Source: a virus | DNA: 64,000 nucleotides | IMG/VR virus record: IMGVR_UViG_3300008050_000022 | Coordinates: 41,938-105,937 of that record | Strand: one strand, 5' to 3' | Part shown: positions 46,352 through 55,393 of the stretch, piece by piece | Layout: each line of letters opens with the position of its first letter | Numbering within the stretch: position 1 is the first letter of the stretch | Made by a program: the position numbers and the translations under genes | Notes under the pieces: generated by a model | The model's database searches: none | Seen by the model: the letters and a program-made list of their open reading frames with translations, nothing else | What the model was told of the DNA's origin: nothing

Positions 46352-46971
46352 TGGGAACGAGGCATTTGATCTGCATCGTCGTGGACGGCAGGTTCGCCAC
46401 GGCACAGTACGGACAGTGGGACGGCTATCCCGGCGGACAGGGCGCCGACATCGTGAAGTGGTTGCGAGGCACAACTCCTGAGGAGATGGAGGTCTTCAAG
46501 ACGCATGCACGTGCCGCCAAGGTGCTCGATCCCAAGGAGTACGACCGGCGCTGGACGGCCTGCGGGCACGATGGCGGTCGATTCGTCAGCATGGACATCT
46601 CTGGTCGCTTCAAGGGGCAGTGGCCGCACCTGTCCAGGGATCATGGCAGCAACGTGCTGAACTACTTCCTGGAGACGGCGGAGCCGGAGGCCTTGGACCA
46701 GGATCCCAGCTTTGCGGCCGACAGCCTGTTCTGTGAGTGGGCCTACGTCCTGGACTTGGACAACCTGGCCTTGGAGGTGTACGCGGGATTCCAGAAGGAA
46801 GCGCACACCGAGGGCCGCTTCCACGACCTGCCCTACCTCCCTCCCGAGCACCGCAAGGATGCGGAGCAGGAGTACTTCCCCGTCAGGCTGGTCGGGAAGT
46901 GGAAGTTCGACGACATCCCGGAGGACTGGCAGAAGCAAGTCAGTCCTCCTGATGAGGAGGATGAGGAGTAA
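46351..46971 (+). CDS. Phage conserved hypothetical protein (MGTR...DGYP type)
   Basis: TAATG overlap; MGTRHLI...QYGQWDGYP.GQG...FCEWAYVLDLD...LEVY. Confidence 0.8.
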   Translation: MGTRHLICIVVDGRFATAQYGQWDGYPGGQGADIVKWLRGTTPEEMEVFKTHARAAKVLDPKEYDRRWTACGHDGGRFVSMDISGRFKGQWPHLSRDHGSNVLNYFLETAEPEALDQDPSFAADSLFCEWAYVLDLDNLALEVYAGFQKEAHTEGRFHDLPYLPPEHRKDAEQEYFPVRLVGKWKFDDIPEDWQKQVSPPDEEDEE

Positions 46972-47357
46972 TGGGGGCAGACCTGATCTTGGCCTACGCC
47001 GAAGTCCCTGAGCCCTTCACCGATGGCACGGTGGGGGAGCTCCGGGCACTAGCAGCGAATCCACCGAACCTCCTGTTCGACATGGTGGCGGATAGGTTGG
47101 AGTACGACGACGAAGCTGACTCGAGAGCAGATGTGACGGACAGGCTTCGTACTGCCGTCGACGTCGTGTTCGTCGAGTATTACCACCGAGGAGGTATGCA
47201 CCGAGAGCTGGCCACCATTGCCATCCGCGATCGTGAGTACATCTTCACTGGCGGTATGTCGTGGGGAGATCTGCCCTCGGACGTCTACGAGGACGTCTGT
47301 ATGGCAGCGATGCTGTCGGAGATGTTGATCAAACGAAACGAACAGTCAGGGTCGTAG
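46971..47357 (+). CDS. Hypothetical protein
   Basis: TAATG overlap; MGADL...TGGMSWGD.PS..Y. Confidence 0.75.
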   Translation: MGADLILAYAEVPEPFTDGTVGELRALAANPPNLLFDMVADRLEYDDEADSRADVTDRLRTAVDVVFVEYYHRGGMHRELATIAIRDREYIFTGGMSWGDLPSDVYEDVCMAAMLSEMLIKRNEQSGS

Positions 47358-47399
47358 GGATCCTGGCTTCCGGGATCCCCTTCTTCGGAGGGGGATCCC
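47357..47399 (+). terminator. Two overlapping alternative hairpins
   Basis: 47357-47379 GGGATCCTGG-ctt-CCGGGATCCC and 47372-47399 GGGATCCCCTTC-ttcg-GAGGGGGATCCC. Confidence 0.55.
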
Positions 47400-47578
47400 A
47401 TAACGGGCATGTAGACGCTGAAGGAGGAAAGATGCCGAATCTCAAAGCCCTAAATCGAGTGTCAGAAAAAGAGGATAAACCACTGAAATACCTCAGTTAA
47501 ATAGGTACCTCAACAGAGGACAATAGTAGCCTGTGTCCGGCGGAGCCGGGCACCAATACTTAGCCCTAAAAACCCGCC

Positions 47579-47614
47579 TGAAAGACTGCACCATCTAGGG
47601 GATAAGGACTCTGT
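47579..47614 (+). promoter_or_regulatory. Candidate phage-sigma promoter, copy 2
   Basis: TGAAAGA-N13-GGGATAAG-gact-CTGT, about 40 nt upstream of the ligase ATG and its AAGGAGG SD. Confidence 0.6.
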
Positions 47615-47653
47615 GGAGACACAGGGACCTACCCCTGAAGGAGGTATCTACAA

Positions 47654-49117
47654 ATGGCGTGGAATGGATCGACAAGAGAGTTTAGACAGACGGGTCGCAA
47701 GCACACTCTGGTGTGGAAGATCCGGGTAGTCAGCGCGACTGAGACTACCTGGCACGGAACCTTGGACGGGCAGCTGCAGAAGACGTCCCACACTTACGGC
47801 GGTGTGAACAGGGGCAAGGCGAACGCGCTTTCCCCCTCCGAGAACGCCGTACTGAAGGCGGAGAGGAAGATCACTCTGAAGACTCGCTCCGGGTACCTGG
47901 AGTACGAGGACGGTCGACCCCTTCGAGGGGGTCGAGCAGACAAGATCGACCCCGAGCGGCCCCTCCCCAGCAACCTCTGCTTCTACAAGCCCGACAACTC
48001 CTTGGGGGCGGGGCTGAAGAAGAAGGCTCGTTCCGGCGACGCACTCTTCTTCAGGAAGCGGGACGGCATGATGTACGTCCTCCGCACCACGGAGGATGAC
48101 GTGGAGTTCTACTCCCGCCGCATGATGCCCAGCATGGACAAGGAGCCCGAGCGGGACTGGGCAGAGAGGCTTCCGTACATCTACGAGGAGGCCGTTCAGG
48201 CGCTCTACGATGGAACTCTGGCCCCGAACAGCATCGTGCTGGGAGAGCTCGTAGCGGATCGTGACGGACAGGACGACTTCAAGGGAGTGGCTGAAGTCAT
48301 CAAGTCCTCCACGGGCAAGGCTCTCTCCCGTCAGCAGACGAGCGGGTTCCTCAAGTTCTACCCGTGGGACATCGCACTGTGGGACGGAGAGCCTGTAGTC
48401 AAGACCCGTCCGTTCAGCGAGCGGCTGGGAACCTTGCAGGGGCTCGTAGCCCGGAGCACGGAGGGGTTCGCAGAGCCCGAAGTCTTCACTGGCAAGGACA
48501 TCTGGGATGACGGCATCCCTGCCGTGATCTCCCTAGCCGCAGAAGACGGGATTGAGCTCCACTTTCGAAAGACGCTCTCCGAGTACCCGGTGGCCAAGTT
48601 CGAGGACTCCTCTGGGACGATCCGAGAGGTGCTGTTGGACGGCATCGCCAAGAGCCTGGCTTCTCAGTTCGACTGGGAGGGGTGGGTAGTAGTCGATCCC
48701 AAGGGAGTCTACGGCGAGAAGGGCTTCAACTTCCGAGGCAAGGCAGATCGTCCCGGCAGGTTCGTCGGGAAGCTGAAGCCTTCCTACGAGGACGACTTCG
48801 TAGGTCTGTGGGAGCCCGACAAGGGAATCGGTACGTGGGGTACGGGCCGACACCAGAAGCAGGTAGGCAGCCTGGGCCTCTACCAGCTGGACAGGAACGA
48901 TGAGCTGGTTTTCATCTGCAACTGCGGGGGAGGGCTAACCGACGCCATGAAGGCGAGGCTGATCGATCCAGACGAGTACCCGGTGGTGGTGCGGGCGGAG
49001 TACGACTCCCGCACCTACATCACGCAAGGAGGCAAGACGAACGCTCTCAGGTTCCCCCGTGTGGTGGCCCTGAGAGACGACAAGACCGCTGAAGAGTGCA
49101 TCAACATGAAGCTGTAG
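47654..49117 (+). CDS. ATP-dependent DNA ligase with N-terminal WGR-like domain
   Basis: Motif I KRDG, III LGEL, IIIa FYPWDI, IV EGWVV, V KLKP; OB-fold LRFPRV..LR.DK. Confidence 0.92.
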   Translation: MAWNGSTREFRQTGRKHTLVWKIRVVSATETTWHGTLDGQLQKTSHTYGGVNRGKANALSPSENAVLKAERKITLKTRSGYLEYEDGRPLRGGRADKIDPERPLPSNLCFYKPDNSLGAGLKKKARSGDALFFRKRDGMMYVLRTTEDDVEFYSRRMMPSMDKEPERDWAERLPYIYEEAVQALYDGTLAPNSIVLGELVADRDGQDDFKGVAEVIKSSTGKALSRQQTSGFLKFYPWDIALWDGEPVVKTRPFSERLGTLQGLVARSTEGFAEPEVFTGKDIWDDGIPAVISLAAEDGIELHFRKTLSEYPVAKFEDSSGTIREVLLDGIAKSLASQFDWEGWVVVDPKGVYGEKGFNFRGKADRPGRFVGKLKPSYEDDFVGLWEPDKGIGTWGTGRHQKQVGSLGLYQLDRNDELVFICNCGGGLTDAMKARLIDPDEYPVVVRAEYDSRTYITQGGKTNALRFPRVVALRDDKTAEECINMKL

Positions 49118-49127
49118 GAGAGCATCG

Positions 49128-51209
49128 GTGATACCGAGCAGAAAGACTAGAGCCGTCACTAGTGGCGGAGTGATGACCCAGGGGGTCTTCGGGATCAGCG
49201 ACCAGGATCAAGCCCACATCCTGCAGATTCTCCGAGACCGCCTCTACACCAACAAGATCCTGGCCGTCCTAAGGGAGTACGGCTCCAATGCGTGGGATGA
49301 GCACCGTGATGCGGGCACCCCCGACCGACCGATCAAGGTCGTCCTTCCGACCAGGCTGGTTCCCGCCCTAGTCATTCGTGACTACGGGCGGGGGCTGTCG
49401 GAGGACGACGTCCTCAACGTCTACGTCAAGTACGGTGCCTCTACCAAGAGGGATGCGGACGTGGCCGTAGGCATGTTGGGGATCGGGGCCAAGTCCGCGT
49501 TCGCTTACGCAGACAGCTTCACCGTCACCTCCTTCCAGGCGGGCGTGAAGTCTATCTACGTGGCGGTCCTGGACGAGTCCGACGTGGGCGTGATCAACAA
49601 GCTGGGCGAGGCTCCGTGCAAGGCGGACGAAACTGGCGTCGAGATCAAGGTTCAGGTCGATCCGAAGGACATCTGGGACTTCCAGCGGGAAGCTGCTGCC
49701 CTGTTCCCCTTCTTCAACCCGCAGCCCGTCATCAACCTGGAACTGCCGAAGCTCGAGCTGGACAAGAACAGCGCGGGGTTCGTCTACGCAGAGCAGTTCG
49801 ACGGACTGGATCAGTGGGTAGCTGTGATGGGCTGCGTCCCGTACCGAATCGACTTCACCTCGGTGAGTGATCGGCTTCGGGACGCAGGACTCCTAGGCTT
49901 CTCGCGTGCTGCAAGAGGCGGCCTGCTCTTCGACATCGGAGATGTGGACGTTGCGGCCAACCGGGAAGGTCTCGAGTACACCGAGGACACGAAGAACGGG
50001 ATCGTAGAGAGGCTAGGAGATCTCAGAGACGAGATCATCAAGGACCTCGCCAAGTCGGTAGACGATCCAACCCTGTCGCACTGGGAACGGCGCCACAAAG
50101 TACTCCGGCTGATGACTGCTAGAGGACTGAGCGGGTTGCGAGAGGCCGCCAAGGGCTACGAATCCAGCTCCGTGACCATCATTCCGGCGGATCCAAAGGA
50201 GGCTCCCAAGGAGTTTCGTCTCCGTCACCTCCAGAAGCCTGGGTACAAGAAGCGAGCATGGACCCTGGAGAGCATTCGCAGAATCGAAGTTGATGTGGGC
50301 ACCCGTTTCATCATCCGAGACAACGCGAAGAACTCCAGGGGGTACTACGAGTCGAACAGCGATCGGTTCATCCTCCCCATCAACGGAGTGGATGATGCAG
50401 AGAAGGAGCTGCTGGAAGTACTGGAGAAGCACAAGCTGACAGGGGTTCCGGTTCTCCGGGCCTCCAAGATGACCTACGTGCCCTTCTCGACATCCTCCCG
50501 TAACTACGGGCCGTCGAACTCCAAGTACAACCAGCGAACCTTCGTACTGAGCCGTGACGAGTACTTCTCCTACGACTCCAAGGACTGGAGTAAGGCGGAG
50601 ATCCCTCTGGACAAGGACGATGTGTTCGTGATCTTGGAGAAGTTCAAGTCCTGCACCGCAAGGTTCTACCAGCGCGTCGACATAGCTCGAGATCTGGCGA
50701 AGCTCTTCAAGGAGCCCCTGCCAGACTTCTACGGACTGCGGAGCACGCAGACCAAGCCTGTCTATGCGGACGACGTAGACGCGATCCCGTTCACAGAGTG
50801 GTACGAGTCGTACCTGGATGACCTTCTCCGGCTACCCAGGGCAAAGTACCTGGCACGGGCCTACGCCTGGACCAGCTCCGTCGGATCCACTGCCGACACT
50901 ACGGGGGTCGAGAAGCTCCTAGGCAAGAAGCATCGGATATCGAAGTTCCTCCGCACTGATAGGGAGTACAGAAAGGCTCTCTACGCAGCACAGAACGTCA
51001 ACGCTGGCGCACTGTGGGAGCGGTCCAAGCAAGCCCACCCCAAGTCTGCTCCAGGCGAAGCAGGGCGGGACCTCGTTCGGGACATCAAGCAGCGCTACCC
51101 GCTGCTCCAGGTAAACAACCCCGCCTTCAACATGGATCAGCTCACCAGTCGGCACGCGGCTGACTGGATTGAGTACATCCAACTAGTCGACAGCCAGAGG
51201 AAGAAATGA
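49128..51209 (+). CDS. rIIA: rIIA-like protein (GHKL ATPase domain)
   Basis: LYTNKILAVLREYGSNAWD, IRDYGRGLS, YGASTK, G.LGIGAKSAFAY; paired with rIIB. Confidence 0.9.
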   Translation: MIPSRKTRAVTSGGVMTQGVFGISDQDQAHILQILRDRLYTNKILAVLREYGSNAWDEHRDAGTPDRPIKVVLPTRLVPALVIRDYGRGLSEDDVLNVYVKYGASTKRDADVAVGMLGIGAKSAFAYADSFTVTSFQAGVKSIYVAVLDESDVGVINKLGEAPCKADETGVEIKVQVDPKDIWDFQREAAALFPFFNPQPVINLELPKLELDKNSAGFVYAEQFDGLDQWVAVMGCVPYRIDFTSVSDRLRDAGLLGFSRAARGGLLFDIGDVDVAANREGLEYTEDTKNGIVERLGDLRDEIIKDLAKSVDDPTLSHWERRHKVLRLMTARGLSGLREAAKGYESSSVTIIPADPKEAPKEFRLRHLQKPGYKKRAWTLESIRRIEVDVGTRFIIRDNAKNSRGYYESNSDRFILPINGVDDAEKELLEVLEKHKLTGVPVLRASKMTYVPFSTSSRNYGPSNSKYNQRTFVLSRDEYFSYDSKDWSKAEIPLDKDDVFVILEKFKSCTARFYQRVDIARDLAKLFKEPLPDFYGLRSTQTKPVYADDVDAIPFTEWYESYLDDLLRLPRAKYLARAYAWTSSVGSTADTTGVEKLLGKKHRISKFLRTDREYRKALYAAQNVNAGALWERSKQAHPKSAPGEAGRDLVRDIKQRYPLLQVNNPAFNMDQLTSRHAADWIEYIQLVDSQRKK

Positions 51210-52210
51210 CAGCAACACCGGCATACACGCAGACCAACGAGTCCATCACGGTGGTTCTCGAGGGCACCCCGTACACCATCAAGCGAGAACAGAAGAACTG
51301 GGACGCGGTGAAGACCGCGGTCTTCCACGAGGACTGGGAGGAGCTCGCTCGCATGATCTCCCCCAAGATCCCCATCGAGCAGTGGGCTTCGGGCGAGTTC
51401 ACCGTGCAGGACAACCTGATCTTCTACAACAGCGAGCCCATCGACCAGAGGCTCAACGAGCGCATCCTGGAGATGGCAGAGGCGGGAGATGATCCCAGCT
51501 TCATGTTCGCCTTCTGGAAGCGGCTCCAGCTGAACCCGTCCTCCCGATCGGTGGCCCAGCTCTACCCCTTCATGGCCCACCAGGGCATCCCGATCGTCGA
51601 AGGTGGGTACTTCCTGGCCTACAAGGGCGTCAAGGATGACTACACCGACTGCCACACTGGGAAGGTGGACAACAAGCCTGGCACGGTCAACGAGATGCGG
51701 CGCAACCGCATCAGCGATGACCCGAACTACGCATGCCACTACGGCTTCCACGTCGGAGACGAGAGCTACGCCACCTCCTTCGGGAGCCGCACCGTGGTGG
51801 TCAAGGTCGATCCGGCCGACGTGGTCTGCATCCCCTACGACTCCGGCCAGCGCAAGATGCGGGTCTGTAAGTACGAGGTGGTTGGGCACTACGGAGGTCA
51901 GCTCCTGCCCAGCACCACGTTCGAGGAGGGGAAGGTCGAGGAGATGGACTCCTCTGGTGTGGACGAGGCCGATGTGGTCGACGAGTCGGAAGCAGAGCCA
52001 GTCAGGTTCTGGGTGGCCGGTGTGGCGGTGAGCGGGTGGGAGGACTTCCACAAGCTCTCCGACGGAGTCCTGGCTACTCAGAAGCTGGGAGACCTGCGGA
52101 AGTACGCCTCCAAGGTGTGCCAGATCGTAGGTGCCAGCAAGCTGCGGGGAGGCAAGTCTGCTCTCCTGGAGAAGCTGTATCAGGTCCGTGCTGATCTCGG
52201 AGTCAGCTAG
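51206..52210 (+). CDS. rIIB: rIIB-like protein
   Basis: F..RL..NPS.RSV.QLY.F...G.FLAYK.V..DY.D.HTG..DN.PG...M.R..ISDDP..AC..GFHV...V.P.DVV.IP.D....KMRVCKY.V. Confidence 0.92.
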   Translation: MTATPAYTQTNESITVVLEGTPYTIKREQKNWDAVKTAVFHEDWEELARMISPKIPIEQWASGEFTVQDNLIFYNSEPIDQRLNERILEMAEAGDDPSFMFAFWKRLQLNPSSRSVAQLYPFMAHQGIPIVEGGYFLAYKGVKDDYTDCHTGKVDNKPGTVNEMRRNRISDDPNYACHYGFHVGDESYATSFGSRTVVVKVDPADVVCIPYDSGQRKMRVCKYEVVGHYGGQLLPSTTFEEGKVEEMDSSGVDEADVVDESEAEPVRFWVAGVAVSGWEDFHKLSDGVLATQKLGDLRKYASKVCQIVGASKLRGGKSALLEKLYQVRADLGVS

Positions 52211-52217
52211 AACGTGA

Positions 52218-52258
52218 GATAGGGGAGGGGCTTCGGCCCCTCCCCTATCCTCTTTCTT
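52218..52258 (+). terminator. Rho-independent terminator
   Basis: GATAGGGGAGGGGC-TTCG-GCCCCTCCCCTATC followed by CTCTTTCTT. Confidence 0.8.
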
Positions 52259-52274
52259 AGCTTACGCTGCCCTC

Positions 52275-52736
52275 ATGTCACGACGACCCTATGTCTCGAC
52301 CTACTTCTCCCCGAACCGTGGCTCTGCGGCCACTATCGAGGGATTCATCCGGAACACTCAGTCCACTCTGGACATAGCCATCTACGCCCTGACGCATGAG
52401 AGCATCGGGAAGGCAGTCGTAGCAGCGCACAAACGAGGGGTCGCTGTCCGCCTCCTAGTGGACAAGGTGCAGGCTGCCGGCAGGTACTCCATCGTCGCCA
52501 GGATGATGGTCGAAGGAGTACCTACCAGGCTGGACCACCAGAGCGGTTCGATGCACCACAAGATGGCGATCTCCGATGCTCTGCTCCCCTCTCGAGCGGT
52601 CGCCCTTGGCAGCTTCAACTGGACCAAGAACGCCGACGAGAGGAACGCAGAGTCACTAGTGATCGTCCGACTACGTGCCGTGACCAGTGCGTGTACCAAG
52701 GAGTACGAGCAGCTCTGGGAGGCGAACTCCCCTTAG
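52275..52736 (+). CDS. Phospholipase D-family (Nuc-like) nuclease
   Basis: YFSP, LDIAIY, A..RGV.VR; single HKD motif HHKMAISD...GSFNWT...N.E. Confidence 0.9.
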   Translation: MSRRPYVSTYFSPNRGSAATIEGFIRNTQSTLDIAIYALTHESIGKAVVAAHKRGVAVRLLVDKVQAAGRYSIVARMMVEGVPTRLDHQSGSMHHKMAISDALLPSRAVALGSFNWTKNADERNAESLVIVRLRAVTSACTKEYEQLWEANSP

Positions 52737-52754
52737 GCCGCCTCACCAACCGAG

Positions 52755-52934
52755 CTACAGGGGCGTCTCTGTCCGACACGAGCCACACTTGCCACACCGC
52801 AAGGAGTTGTCGTGCTTCTGCCGAACCAGCGTGCCTCCGCACTTGCACCGCAGGTTGTTCAGGCCGCCCTTGGGAGCCTGCACGATCCCAGTACGACCGT
52901 TGTTCACCACCTTGACGATTCGCCTCTTCTTCAT
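52755..52934 (-). CDS. 59-aa Zn-ribbon protein (not in the ORF track)
   Basis: Hand translation MKKRRIVKVV...RCKCGG...RCGKCGS...PL; GGAGG SD. Confidence 0.7.
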   Translation of the reverse strand: MKKRRIVKVVNNGRTGIVQAPKGGLNNLRCKCGGTLVRQKHDNSLRCGKCGSCRTETPL

Positions 52935-52935
52935 C

Positions 52936-53403
52936 TCAACCTCCGAAGACTTCTGCCGCTGGGGGATGCGAGCCTAGCGCAGACAGGTCGTGCGGGGCGT
53001 CGTCTACTGCGCCCATCGCCTTCAGGACAGCATCGCCCTTCTCGGCCCGCTCTGCCTCGAGCTGAGCCTCGGCCTCGGCCAACTTCTTCTTGGCCTCTCG
53101 CTCCTCGCGGAAGACTCTGATGGCCTCCTCTCGTCGCTCCCTCTGAGACGTGGCGAACTGGAGGAACTCTTCCTCGGTGAGGAGGTTCTTGTCGATCAGG
53201 ACATCGACCACGGCGTTGACTCGATCGTTCTGGGCATCAACCACAGCTGCCGAAGCTTGAACGATCTGTCCGAGCCTCGCCATGTTGATTTCCATCGATT
53301 CGTTCACGGCGTTGCGGAACTTGTCCAGCGCCTCCGTGACGAAGACGAACATCCGCTTCTCGAGCCTCGCCAGTAGGTCCTTCTTCGTACCCTTGCTCAT
53401 CAC
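52936..53403 (-). CDS. Coiled-coil hypothetical protein
   Basis: Coupled ORF with high GC3. Confidence 0.75.
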   Translation of the reverse strand: MMSKGTKKDLLARLEKRMFVFVTEALDKFRNAVNESMEINMARLGQIVQASAAVVDAQNDRVNAVVDVLIDKNLLTEEEFLQFATSQRERREEAIRVFREEREAKKKLAEAEAQLEAERAEKGDAVLKAMGAVDDAPHDLSALGSHPPAAEVFGG

Positions 53404-53633
53404 ACGTCCCGGTTCAGTAGTTCTTCCAGGGCCTCTTGCAGCTCCTGGAGGGCGGAGTCCAGCTCCTCAGCTACCTCATTCACATGAGCCAGCTCGACGT
53501 CTCGGAGATTCACGATCGGATCATCGTCTCCGGTGGGGAGGAGATCCGAATCGAGCTTCTCTCGAAGGTGTGACCATACGCCGATCAGCCCTTCAAGGTG
53601 CGCGATCTCTTCTAGAAGTTCTTTTGCCTTCAC
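53400..53633 (-). CDS. Small acidic coiled-coil protein
   Basis: GTGA overlaps. Confidence 0.7.
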   Translation of the reverse strand: MKAKELLEEIAHLEGLIGVWSHLREKLDSDLLPTGDDDPIVNLRDVELAHVNEVAEELDSALQELQEALEELLNRDV

Positions 53634-53790
53634 CGCAAATCCCCTTGGTGCTCAGGTATAAGTGGAATGGTCGGTAACGCGCTGGGCGGAGGTACCCCAA
53701 CCGGCAAGAGCGCAGACTCTGGAACCGACCGACGCGACCTGGTGAGCACTCCAACCTGAGTGTGAAGGGGTCGCGTCTCTGTAAGTAGGC

Positions 53791-54054
53791 TCATCCATGG
53801 CGATTCTCGGTATCGACGATAGTTCGATGAATAGTCCCTTGGAAGTCCACTGAACAAACGTGCCAAGAGCAGTAAGAGTCGTACCGCCACAAGAATCGGT
53901 CGCCAGGTCTTCCATGTTCGGGGCACGGTCCTTCTTCCTTACGTAGCCCGAACATCTGATCAGTTCCAGGTAACGGCGAGGCATGCCTCGTCTTCTTAAG
54001 CCAGAAGGCTGCCAGGGCAGCGACTACGACAGCCGAGACGATTAACCAAGGCAC
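53791..54054 (-). CDS. Small N-terminal TM protein
   Basis: GGAG SD before GTG 54054; PWLIVSAVVVAALAAFWLKK, CPEHG. Confidence 0.55.
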   Translation of the reverse strand: MPWLIVSAVVVAALAAFWLKKTRHASPLPGTDQMFGLRKEEGPCPEHGRPGDRFLWRYDSYCSWHVCSVDFQGTIHRTIVDTENRHG

Positions 54055-54068
54055 GATCTCTCCGCTTC

Positions 54069-54839
54069 TTACTGCTGTAGGAAGACGTAGAAGCGGTCTT
54101 CTACCCCTGCCCCTCCGGACGTGTCTTTGATGATGTTCTGCAAGGGGTAGATCGCCATCCCTCTCAGGTGACGAGCAGTGGACGTCCCGTGCAGCTTCTC
54201 CATCGTGATGTACCGGATGTCGGTGTGGTGGTACTTCAAGTAGATGTCCGCGTCCCCGTCGGCGTGGATCCACATGTCGTACAGCTTCTTAGCTAGCCGC
54301 CGCGTGGACCACCTGCCCATCACACAGTCGGTGAGCATCGCGGCGTTCCACATCCTATTGCAGTGCGGACAGACTGCCTTCCGGACGGTGGTCATCTGCT
54401 TGTCCTTGCCCACCATCGTCTCGTTGACGATGCAGTCTGACGTGATGACCTTGCCGCAACCGATCTGCTTGTTGCTCGGCTTGTGCGTATCTGCATGGAA
54501 CTTGGCGTGCGTCCCTGCACCTGCATCTCGAGCACTGCACCACCAAGCCAGGTCGTCCCCACCTCCGTGGAAGCGGCGACCGCTCTCGTAGACGACGATC
54601 GAGCAGGCGTTCCCGTTGGGCTGTCCTAGCGGAGTCCTCTTCGACCCGAAGGTCACCTCGATCTTGTATCGAGCCTGCTTCTCTCGGTCCTTCTGGACCT
54701 CTGCTTGGATCTCCTTGTTGAGCTCCTCGAGGATATGCATCTCCTCGGGGGTCTTCGTCCTTCGTAGGACCGCCTCAGGATGCTCTGGGTTGAGCTCCAG
54801 GTACTCGTCCCATGTGGCGGGCTTGGTGTCGCCGATCAT
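54069..54839 (-). CDS. Hypothetical protein with Cys motifs
   Basis: 256 aa, high GC3, GCG...CPHC. Confidence 0.8.
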   Translation of the reverse strand: MIGDTKPATWDEYLELNPEHPEAVLRRTKTPEEMHILEELNKEIQAEVQKDREKQARYKIEVTFGSKRTPLGQPNGNACSIVVYESGRRFHGGGDDLAWWCSARDAGAGTHAKFHADTHKPSNKQIGCGKVITSDCIVNETMVGKDKQMTTVRKAVCPHCNRMWNAAMLTDCVMGRWSTRRLAKKLYDMWIHADGDADIYLKYHHTDIRYITMEKLHGTSTARHLRGMAIYPLQNIIKDTSGGAGVEDRFYVFLQQ

Positions 54840-55393
54840 CGTCTAGACCTCACTAGAGAGGCTCCCTTGCCGTGCCCTAGAGGCGACCCATCTGCCTGCG
54901 TGGGATTGTTCCGGTCCTGGCTCCTCACATGGGGGAGCGGGAAGGAGACGATCCGAACTCCCCCATCATCTCTCCTGCCCGTGTCCCTCAGGACTCGGAT
55001 GAGGGAGGTGGGGGAGGCTGGGGAGGCTGTAGGAGGGGCGGGAGGCTGCTCCACCGCTACTCCAGGAATGGAGATCTCCAGACTCATCTCTCCTAGGGCA
55101 CTCTCGAGGAGCTCTAGAGCCGTCGATCCGAAGACGGAGACGTTCCAGCTGTAGCCCATCCTCCCTTCCTTGACCACGAACTGCTGTGCGATCAAGATCT
55201 TCCCACCACTGGAAGGCAATAGGGTCTTCGCCAGGAGCGCCATAGTCTTGAACTTGGCGTCTCCGTCAGCCCCTACCGGACGACACATGACTGTGTAGGC
55301 CTGCTCCTGCTCCGCCTTGAACCAGACGGACTTCACTAGCCCGGTGGTGAGCAAGGCGGCTTCTAGTCGATCTACACCTGACACTGTCTTCAC
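54836..55393 (-). CDS. Hypothetical protein
   Basis: Coupled ORF. Confidence 0.7.
   Translation of the reverse strand: MKTVSGVDRLEAALLTTGLVKSVWFKAEQEQAYTVMCRPVGADGDAKFKTMALLAKTLLPSSGGKILIAQQFVVKEGRMGYSWNVSVFGSTALELLESALGEMSLEISIPGVAVEQPPAPPTASPASPTSLIRVLRDTGRRDDGGVRIVSFPLPHVRSQDRNNPTQADGSPLGHGKGASLVRSRR

Noticed and set aside
47400-47600. tRNA or tmRNA
   Set aside because: No cloverleaf, T-loop or acceptor-stem pattern was recognisable.
53630-53984. ORFs 53652-53984 and 53630-53926
   Set aside because: They overlap the better-supported TM gene 53791-54054. At most a 54-aa ORF, 53630-53794, is real, and support for it is weak.
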